DNA from: an uncultured Bacillales bacterium
GTDB taxonomy: Bacteria > Bacillota_I > Bacilli_A > RFN20 > CAG-826
Length of the DNA stretch: 64,000 nt
Assembly (NCBI GenBank): GCA_946414915.1
Contig: CAMKQK010000001.1
Coordinates: 20,335 to 84,334 of the forward strand
Direction of reading: 5' to 3'
Position numbers and translations under genes: made by a program. How positions within the stretch are numbered: the stretch's first letter is position 1; the number at the start of each line of letters is the position of its first letter. The notes under the pieces are model-generated. The model saw only the letters and a list, made by a program, of their open reading frames with translations, was not told the DNA's origin and did not search any database. Positions 57,374 to 64,000 of the stretch are shown here, in pieces.

Positions 57374-60300
57374 ATGAGAAAAACCATTAAAGCATTACTA
57401 CTTGCTGCATTAACCATCGGTGTTGTCGCAGGTTGTGAATGGGGTGAAACTAGCAAATCCACATCACAAGAAACAAGTAGTCAATCCACTAGTGACGTAA
57501 CAAGCAGTGACTCAAAAGAAAGCACTTCAAGTTCTGTTCCTAGCTCAACAACTACCACAAGTAGCTCTACTGCTTCCTCAACAAGTAGCTCATCAACTAC
57601 AAGTAGTACAATCTCAATTCCCCCATCATTAACAGGTATTACATTAGATACCACAAATATTAAGAAGAGTTATAACTATGGCGATAAGTTAAATCTCGCC
57701 GGTTTAGTCGTTACTGCTTCTTATAGTGATGGCACCACAAAAGCGGTCACTGATTACACAACATATCCAACCAATGATTCAACATTAATGCAACTTGGCG
57801 AAGTTTCCGTGAGAGTTGATTATCAAAACTTCAGTGAATCTTTCAAAGTTACCGTTAATAAAGTTTTAACTGGTATCACATTAAATACCACAAATGTGAA
57901 AAAGGATTATCACGTTGGTGAAACATTAGATTTAACTGGTTTAGTGGTTACCGCTAAATACAACGATTATTCTTCTACTGTTGTGACTGATTACACATCT
58001 AATCCAGCTAATGGTACTGTCTTCAATGAAATCAAAGAAGAAATAGTTACTATTACATATCAAGATAAGACCGCTGAATTCAAAGTCGATGTTACTAAAG
58101 CAGTTAAGGCTGCTTGGACAGCTGAAGAAGCAAAAATCATGTCTGATAACTTATACGGTATCGTTTTACCATATACTGGTTTCGAAGAATCTGTTGTCTC
58201 ATATGATGCTCAAAAAGAAGCAGTCTTCATCAAAGGTGGTACACTCGCTGCTGATACATTAACCAATTACGGCAAATTAATCGTTGCCGCTGGTTTCACA
58301 AGATTAACCGAAGAAGCTCATATTTATCAAAAAGAAGTTGCCACTGCACAAGGCAAGAGATTCGTGAGAGTGGGATTTGAAGCTAACGAAGGTCAATTCT
58401 TCTTACAAGCTCTTGATCCATATTATTACGAATTCCCAACAGCGTTTGCTGAAGCCTTTGCTGACCAAGTTATTGGTAGTGAAGACGTTGCACCAGCACT
58501 TCCAGGCGCTGATTATTATGAATTCAACACCACATATAGAGTGATCTTCTGCTATATGAATTCCACCACTGAAGATGCTGGCTATAGTGCAATCTTAGCC
58601 GCTGCTGGTTGGAGAGTTCAAAGCGAAAAAGATAGCTACGGTTATTATGTTGCCGTTGCTCCAGATTATTCCTATCAAGTGAGCTATCTCTATCAACAAC
58701 AATATGGTAGATTTGCTATCTACTTTGAATTAGTGAGTAAATGGCAACCATCTTTCTTTACTGAATTCTTCCAAAAGAATAGCCCATGCGTGATTGAAAT
58801 TCCTGAATATGAAGGTAAGGATGTTACATACTTATTCATGACTTCTGGCACATCCGCGTTGGTTGGTGTTAACGGTTCTTCCGTTAAAGAAGTGGAAGCC
58901 TATGCTGAAAAAGTCGCTAAAGCGGGTTGGGAAGTTAACTACAATGAAACAACTGAAATGTATAAAGCTAAATTAACAATCGCTAATGTCGGTGTTGCTA
59001 ATATGACTTTCTACTTCAATCCACAAAATAATGCGGCAATCATTATCATTGATTCCAAATTTGATCCATTACCAACAGCGTCCTTCCCAAGCGAACAAAT
59101 CGCTGAAATTTTAGGTGAAGATGTCACTGATGTTGTTCCTGCTTATGAAGGCGAAGCAACAGGTTACGCTGTTACTGAAGAAGGTACAAACTATATCGTG
59201 ACTATCCAAGTGGAAAAAGGCACAGAAAAAGCTGCGGCCGCTGCATACTTAGAATTCATTCAAACTAAGGGTTATGCCTTAGAAGAAGGTTTCTCCACTA
59301 TTTATGTTTCTCCAAACAAGCAAATCTATATCCAATCCAATGGTATTGCTAACAGTGGTGAATTCACCATTACCTTCTGGCCAGTTCCATATACACTTGA
59401 TTGGCCAGCAAAAAAGATTGCTAAATACTTAGGCGAAGAAATTAAGACTGTTGTTCCTGCTTATGAAGATGAAGATATCGAAAACTATGAATTCGAAGCA
59501 GACGAAGATGGTATTTGGATTTTAGTTAACTTCGATTACGAAGCTGAAGTTGATGTCGATGAAAAGATTGAAGCTTATGTCGATACTTTAACCACAAATA
59601 AATACTTCTTCATGATGACAGACGAAGACGATACTAGCTTCTATGTCTCTCCAGATTTAAAAGTCGTCGTTGGTGTCCAAAATGATGGTGGCGATATGTG
59701 GATTTATATCAACACTGTTGACGCTGTTACCGCCAATGCTTGGCCAGCTTATCAACTCAATTACTATAACGAAAAAATGGGTTATACAGATGTATTACCT
59801 GTCTATGATGGTGATTTATTCCTCTCACAAAAGACCACTATCGGTTCTAGCTATTTAACAATTGATATTCGTTTAGATACTGAAGATGCTGATGAAATGA
59901 AAGCGGAAGCTGATGCCTATGTTGATGCATTAAAAGATGCTGGTTTCACATTCTTATTATCATTAGGTGAAGATAATGAGTGCAGAATCTATACATCCCC
60001 TAACAGTGAATATGAAGTCGCAGTGATGTATCAACCAGATGGTTTCACTGTTCAAATTGATGAAATTGCAACTGACCCTATCGACACAGAAGAATTCCCA
60101 GCAGAAAGATTATTCACTAGATATGAAGGTCTTAAGGACGTTCTTCCAGTGTTCGTGGATGAAAATGCCACTTTCAGTACTACATATCAAAGTGATTATG
60201 TGGAAATCTTCGTTATCTATGAAGATGTGTCATTAATTCCTGCTGCCATGGAAGCCTATGCTAAAGCTTTATTAGACGCAGGTTTCACCGCTAATGAATA

Positions 60301-60415
60301 TATGGATGGTTCATATGATTCTCCAGATGGTACGTACTATGTCACAATTACTGACTGGTCAGATTATTCAACAACTGGATTCGATATCGAAATTTATTTC
60401 AATCAATTAGTGTAA
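57374..60415 (+). CDS. large surface lipoprotein, paralog of 53856-57218 (same architecture)
   Basis: Start at ATG 57374 (MRKTIKALLLAALTIGVVAGC) after AAAGGAAAA. Ser/Thr-rich linker, two Big_3-like domains, tandem WP...VPAY modules. About 1014 aa. Confidence 0.65.
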   Translation: MRKTIKALLLAALTIGVVAGCEWGETSKSTSQETSSQSTSDVTSSDSKESTSSSVPSSTTTTSSSTASSTSSSSTTSSTISIPPSLTGITLDTTNIKKSYNYGDKLNLAGLVVTASYSDGTTKAVTDYTTYPTNDSTLMQLGEVSVRVDYQNFSESFKVTVNKVLTGITLNTTNVKKDYHVGETLDLTGLVVTAKYNDYSSTVVTDYTSNPANGTVFNEIKEEIVTITYQDKTAEFKVDVTKAVKAAWTAEEAKIMSDNLYGIVLPYTGFEESVVSYDAQKEAVFIKGGTLAADTLTNYGKLIVAAGFTRLTEEAHIYQKEVATAQGKRFVRVGFEANEGQFFLQALDPYYYEFPTAFAEAFADQVIGSEDVAPALPGADYYEFNTTYRVIFCYMNSTTEDAGYSAILAAAGWRVQSEKDSYGYYVAVAPDYSYQVSYLYQQQYGRFAIYFELVSKWQPSFFTEFFQKNSPCVIEIPEYEGKDVTYLFMTSGTSALVGVNGSSVKEVEAYAEKVAKAGWEVNYNETTEMYKAKLTIANVGVANMTFYFNPQNNAAIIIIDSKFDPLPTASFPSEQIAEILGEDVTDVVPAYEGEATGYAVTEEGTNYIVTIQVEKGTEKAAAAAYLEFIQTKGYALEEGFSTIYVSPNKQIYIQSNGIANSGEFTITFWPVPYTLDWPAKKIAKYLGEEIKTVVPAYEDEDIENYEFEADEDGIWILVNFDYEAEVDVDEKIEAYVDTLTTNKYFFMMTDEDDTSFYVSPDLKVVVGVQNDGGDMWIYINTVDAVTANAWPAYQLNYYNEKMGYTDVLPVYDGDLFLSQKTTIGSSYLTIDIRLDTEDADEMKAEADAYVDALKDAGFTFLLSLGEDNECRIYTSPNSEYEVAVMYQPDGFTVQIDEIATDPIDTEEFPAERLFTRYEGLKDVLPVFVDENATFSTTYQSDYVEIFVIYEDVSLIPAAMEAYAKALLDAGFTANEYMDGSYDSPDGTYYVTITDWSDYSTTGFDIEIYFNQLV

Positions 60416-60420
60416 AGTAA

Positions 60421-60453
60421 AAGGTCGGAATTAACACGTTCCGACCTTTTTTA
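60421..60453. terminator. intrinsic terminator (convergent gene junction)
   Basis: GGUCGGAA-uuaacacg-UUCCGACC followed by UUUUUUAUU on the plus strand. Lies between the lipoprotein gene and the convergent FNT gene. Confidence 0.55.
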
Positions 60454-60473
60454 TTGCTTTAAATATAATTTAA

Positions 60474-61142
60474 CTAGTTTTCTTTTTTCGTGGCTATAAG
60501 CGCGGTTAAATGCACAATACATCTCACTAAAAGAGCGCCCACACTATTGGTAAGTATCACAATCAATAAATTCCATAACATATTGATGTTCCAATTGAAT
60601 GCCATCCCGAAATAAAACATATTAGCGATACAGTGTTGGAAACCACAGTAAACGAATAATGTCACCGCGGTAATAATACCAATAATCTTCATGCCCCAGT
60701 TTTGTAAGTTCTTATAGAGGTAGACGGCAATATACACTAACGCACCACAGAAGATACCTTCTAAGAAGACCATATTTGATCCTGTTTTAGCGTTTGATAT
60801 CGCGATAATCGTGTTATTCACACCTTCAACATTCATGAAGATTAAATGACACAACATACCTAAAGCGAGTGCACCTATTGCATTACCAACGAGCATGATT
60901 GGTAAATTAATCGCGTTTTCTTTTAACTTCTCTCTATCGTCAAAGACGACGCCGATTTTACCAGTATAGAGTTGTAAACCTAATACACAGACGAGGATTA
61001 AACCAATAGAGAATAACGCTGATGCGAAGATTAAGCCAGGTGTACCTGGAAGAAGATATTTAGTAATGGTAAATGCAAAGGAACCTAGACCAATGGCTAA
61101 GCCCGCGAATATACCAAAAAGTAATACCTTCAAATATTTCAT
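60474..61142 (-). CDS. short formate/nitrite transporter (FNT) family membrane protein
   Basis: About 222 aa, 6 TM. FNT-like signatures LGLQLYTGKIG, LVGNAIGALALG and HCIANMFYF. Start set at ATG 61142, 1 nt after the xpt stop; the ORF-track 5' extension overlaps xpt. Confidence 0.6.
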   Translation of the reverse strand: MKYLKVLLFGIFAGLAIGLGSFAFTITKYLLPGTPGLIFASALFSIGLILVCVLGLQLYTGKIGVVFDDREKLKENAINLPIMLVGNAIGALALGMLCHLIFMNVEGVNNTIIAISNAKTGSNMVFLEGIFCGALVYIAVYLYKNLQNWGMKIIGIITAVTLFVYCGFQHCIANMFYFGMAFNWNINMLWNLLIVILTNSVGALLVRCIVHLTALIATKKEN

Positions 61143-61143
61143 T

Positions 61144-61707
61144 TTAGAAAACTGGTTTGTTATCAACGAAAGCTTTGACATTCGCACCACTGTAAACGCG
61201 TAAGCCTAAGCCTTCTAATCTATCTCTTCCACCTTGGAAACCTTTTTCAACCGCAACGGCAACACCTAGGACTGTGGCTTCTGCTTGTTTGCATAAGTCA
61301 TATAAGCCTAAAGATGCATTACCTTCCGCTAAAAAGTCGTCGACAATCAATACCTTGTCGCCTCTTTTTAAATATTTTTCACTCACGGTAATTTGCGAAT
61401 TGATATTACGTGTGAATGATTTAACAACTGCGGTATAAACATCGTTACCCACTGTCGCGGATTTACTTTTCTTCGCGAAAACAAGTGGAACATTGCCTAA
61501 TTCTTCTGCGACTGCAAAGGCAAGTGGAATACCACTAGTTTCAATAGTTAATACTTTTTTTGCGGTTGGAAATTCCGCGGCGATTTCTTTTGCTAATGCT
61601 CTTGTTAAAGAAACATCAATTTGGTGATTCAAGAATGAATCAACTTTTAAAATATCATTGTTAATGATCACGCCATCCTCAAGGATGCGGTCTTCTAATA
61701 ATTTCAT
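61144..61707 (-). CDS. xpt: xanthine phosphoribosyltransferase
   Basis: 187 aa. MKLLEDRILEDGVIINNDILKVDSFLNHQID is the Xpt N-terminal hallmark. PRPP motif VLIVDDFLAEGNA. Confidence 0.85.
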   Translation of the reverse strand: MKLLEDRILEDGVIINNDILKVDSFLNHQIDVSLTRALAKEIAAEFPTAKKVLTIETSGIPLAFAVAEELGNVPLVFAKKSKSATVGNDVYTAVVKSFTRNINSQITVSEKYLKRGDKVLIVDDFLAEGNASLGLYDLCKQAEATVLGVAVAVEKGFQGGRDRLEGLGLRVYSGANVKAFVDNKPVF

Positions 61708-62273
61708 TATTTTTGGATCTCCTCATTCCATTTATCGATGTCTTCTGGTTGAGCGACATAAACATAAGGAACGTTTCTCTCCAATTCGTTATAGTCTAAG
61801 CCATAGCCAACGAGGAAATAGTTCTCTTTGAGAGTCTTACCAACATAATCGATCTTAATGTTTTCACATCTGGCATATTCTTTATCGAATAAAGCGCAGA
61901 TAATAATTCTTTTTGGTTTGTAGTTTTCGTTTAAGTGATCGATAAGATATTTCATAGAAATACCAGTATCAACGACATCTTCGACCACTACAACCGTGCG
62001 GTCCTTAATATCCATATCAAAATCTTTCTTTAAATTGATTTTGCCTGTGGATTGGACACCTGCATAAGATGAGATTTGAATGAAATCAGTGAAAATAGGT
62101 CTATCAATACGTTTGATTAAATCAAACATGAAATTAAGGGCGCCTTTCATAACACCCAAAAAGAGTGGAGTTTTTTCTTCGTTCTTCAACTCTTCGGTTA
62201 ATTTCTTACCAAAATCAATGCAAATATTTTGGATTTGTTCTTCTGATAAAACTATCTCACGATTTTCTTTCAT
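61707..62273 (-). CDS. hpt: hypoxanthine(-guanine) phosphoribosyltransferase
   Basis: 188 aa. VVVVEDVVDTGISMKYL PRPP-binding motif in a typical Hpt frame. Stop overlaps the xpt start. Confidence 0.85.
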   Translation of the reverse strand: MKENREIVLSEEQIQNICIDFGKKLTEELKNEEKTPLFLGVMKGALNFMFDLIKRIDRPIFTDFIQISSYAGVQSTGKINLKKDFDMDIKDRTVVVVEDVVDTGISMKYLIDHLNENYKPKRIIICALFDKEYARCENIKIDYVGKTLKENYFLVGYGLDYNELERNVPYVYVAQPEDIDKWNEEIQK

Positions 62274-62290
62274 AAGGAAAGCCTCCTATA

Positions 62291-63271
62291 TTATTCCCAT
62301 TCGATGGTGGCGCATGGTTTATTACTTAAATCATATAATACACGATTTACGCCTTTAACTTCATTTAAAATTCTATCTCTAATTTTATTTAAGAGTGAGT
62401 ATGGAATTTCTTCAATGCTCGCTGTGACGGCGTCAACAGAGTTGATAGCGCGAATCACAACTGGCCATTCAAATGTTCTTTGACCGTCTTTAATACCAGT
62501 GGATTTAACTGGTGGAACGATGGTGAAGTATTGCCAGACTTTTTGATCTAAACCTGCATTAGCGAATTCTTCTCTTAAGATAGCGTCGCTTTCTCTAACA
62601 GCTTCTAATCTATCTCTTGTGATAGCACCCACGCATCTCACACCTAAGCCTGGACCTGGGAAAGGTTGACGGTAGACCATACCATGTGGTAAGCCTAAGG
62701 CTTCACCAACTTGTCTAACTTCGTCTTTATATAATAATTTCACTGGTTCAACGAGTTCAAAACCGAGTTCCGCTGGTAAACCACCAACATTGTGGTGAGC
62801 TTTTAAACCTTTGGATTCTAAAATGTCAGGATAAATGGTGCCTTGTCCTAAGAAAGAAATACCATTAAGTTTTTGTGCTTCTCTTTTGAAGACATCAATG
62901 AAGATTTTACCAATGATTTTTCTCTTTTGTTCTGGATCTTCAACACCCGCTAAAGCATCTAAGAATTCATCAACTGCGTCAACATAAATCAAGTTAGCGC
63001 CCATTTGTTCTTTAAATACTTTAATAACTTGTTCTGGTTCACCTTTTCTTAATAAACCATGGTTAACGTGAACACATGTTAAGTTGTTACCAATCGCTTT
63101 GATTAATAAGGCTGCACAGACTGATGAGTCAACACCACCAGAAAGGGCTAATAAAACCTTTTTGTCGCCCACTTGTGCCTTAATTTCTTTAATTTGTTCC
63201 TCAATGAAGGCATCCGCTAATTCCTTATTAGTGATACGCTTCATGTTAGGATCTCTGACATTCCCGTTCAT
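62291..63271 (-). CDS. guaA: GMP synthase ATP-pyrophosphatase + dimerization domains only (no glutamine amidotransferase domain)
   Basis: 326 aa. PP-loop LALSGGVDSSV. C-terminal GuaA dimerization region ending ...ATIEWE. Aligns to roughly residues 200-525 of two-domain GuaA. No class I GATase ORF on either side. Confidence 0.7.
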   Translation of the reverse strand: MNGNVRDPNMKRITNKELADAFIEEQIKEIKAQVGDKKVLLALSGGVDSSVCAALLIKAIGNNLTCVHVNHGLLRKGEPEQVIKVFKEQMGANLIYVDAVDEFLDALAGVEDPEQKRKIIGKIFIDVFKREAQKLNGISFLGQGTIYPDILESKGLKAHHNVGGLPAELGFELVEPVKLLYKDEVRQVGEALGLPHGMVYRQPFPGPGLGVRCVGAITRDRLEAVRESDAILREEFANAGLDQKVWQYFTIVPPVKSTGIKDGQRTFEWPVVIRAINSVDAVTASIEEIPYSLLNKIRDRILNEVKGVNRVLYDLSNKPCATIEWE

Positions 63272-63284
63272 TCAACTTTCCCTC

Positions 63285-63752
63285 CTACCAATGAACTTCT
63301 TCTACTCTATTGAATAGCTTTTTAATTTCTTCTGTAGGTTCTTCCCATTTCTTCATCAAAACTTCGAGTTGTTCTTCTGGCACAATTGAAGTTTCTTTTC
63401 TTTGTTTGTTGTAGAAACGAATTTGTTCAGCTGTGCGTGGGAATAAAACTAAAACATATTCATCGAATTCAGGATTTTCTTTAACGTACATTTCTCTCAA
63501 ACGATTAAGGTCAGTTAAAGCATCTAAAATTACAGTGACGTCATCATACTTTTTCGCATATTCATGAATTCTAAAAGAAAAAAGCTCCCATACTTCTTTT
63601 TGCTTAGAAAAATCCTGAGTCGCCCCAGTGAGTTCGAATCTAATTTCGTCGCTAGAAACGATTAAAGTATGTGGATGAGCCTCTTGGTACGCTTTTGCCC
63701 AGGTGGATTTACCACTACCAGGCATGGCAGATAACATGATAAGTGTTTTCAT
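63285..63752 (-). CDS. P-loop ATPase/kinase (AAA_33-like), first gene of the purine salvage operon
   Basis: 155 aa. Walker A MPGSGKSTWAK. 13 nt upstream of guaA-like gene on the same strand. GGAGGAAG RBS. Confidence 0.55.
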   Translation of the reverse strand: MKTLIMLSAMPGSGKSTWAKAYQEAHPHTLIVSSDEIRFELTGATQDFSKQKEVWELFSFRIHEYAKKYDDVTVILDALTDLNRLREMYVKENPEFDEYVLVLFPRTAEQIRFYNKQRKETSIVPEEQLEVLMKKWEEPTEEIKKLFNRVEEVHW

Positions 63753-63898
63753 TTCTTCCTCCGATTCGGTTGAACGAAATCCTATCTATTACGAACTTAT
63801 TTATAAATAAAAAAGTTCCTACGTGATAATCATAGTTATATAAAAGAGATTTTGAAAGAAAAAACTTTCATTAATGAATTTTTATATATATAATTTAG

Positions 63899-63920
63899 TT
63901 GACTAGACTAGTCAGACTAG
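63899..63920. promoter_or_regulatory. operator-like repeat cluster TTGACTAG-ACTAGTC-AGACTAG upstream of the phd-like gene
   Basis: Three GACTAG/CTAGTC half-sites (direct, inverted, direct) including the perfect palindrome GACTAGTC at 63906-63913. Sits between a TATATAAT element and the AGGAG RBS. Confidence 0.35.
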
Positions 63921-63929
63921 GAGATTAGA

Positions 63930-64000
63930 ATGCAAATTAATATCTATGAAGCCAAAGCAAACTTTTCAAAAATTATTCAAATGATAGCCGATGGGACTGA
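63930..64000 (+). CDS. Phd/YefM-like antitoxin, N-terminal fragment (runs off the window end)
   Basis: MQINIYEAKANFSKIIQMIADGT matches the Phd/YefM N-terminal consensus (cf. MKTVNISKAKQNFSRLLEEV at 7369-7623). AGGAG 6 nt upstream. Confidence 0.5.
   Translation, partial: MQINIYEAKANFSKIIQMIADGT

Noticed and set aside
63753-63929. Purine riboswitch upstream of the AAA-guaA-hpt-xpt operon
   Set aside because: No UAUAAU / CCGUAAAU / P1 arrangement present in the minus-strand leader.
1-64000. CRISPR arrays, rRNA, tRNA, transposase/integrase genes
   Set aside because: No regularly spaced direct-repeat array, no tRNA T-loop/acceptor patterns, no rRNA-like stretches and no IS/recombinase ORFs seen on either strand.

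Overview
Low-GC (about 30-35% GC) chromosomal segment with Firmicutes/Erysipelotrichia- or Mollicutes-like features: standard genetic code, AGA/TTA codon bias, a BMP-lipoprotein nucleoside ABC transporter with a long ATPase, many lipobox lipoproteins, and no rRNA/tRNA, CRISPR array or transposase. Housekeeping blocks: addB-addA(partial); thyA-folA-asnA; a HAD-birA-[yefM]-Na+-pumping oxaloacetate decarboxylase-pckA cluster; pncA-gpmA; nptA-CPBP protease-lgt; a uraA-upp-prs nucleotide salvage operon behind a leader terminator; apt; a guanine-type purine riboswitch in front of a BMP/ABC nucleoside uptake operon; and an AAA-guaA(ATP-PPase only)-hpt-xpt-FNT purine salvage operon. Accessory content has four parts. 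(1) Two tandem secreted multidomain clan-CD proteases: one with a canonical C11 (clostripain-like) domain, His-rich and triplicated Cys4His2 repeats and PPC domains; the other an HEXXH metalloprotease fused to a C11 domain whose catalytic His/Cys look degenerate. (2) Three tandem circularly permuted GH3 glycosidases, two ending in a shared KxGCGG-TM-basic C-terminal anchor, plus an accessory lipoprotein. (3) An uncharacterized three-gene operon: COG2509 FAD-dependent protein, CofE-like gamma-glutamyl ligase homolog, DUF1846/UPF0371. (4) A secreted ricin-lectin/PPC/caspase-like protein followed by two paralogous >1000-aa surface lipoproteins built from Big_3 domains and tandem ~95-aa WP...VPAY modules. 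Two Phd/YefM antitoxin-like genes appear without an obvious toxin partner, one of them partial at the window end.
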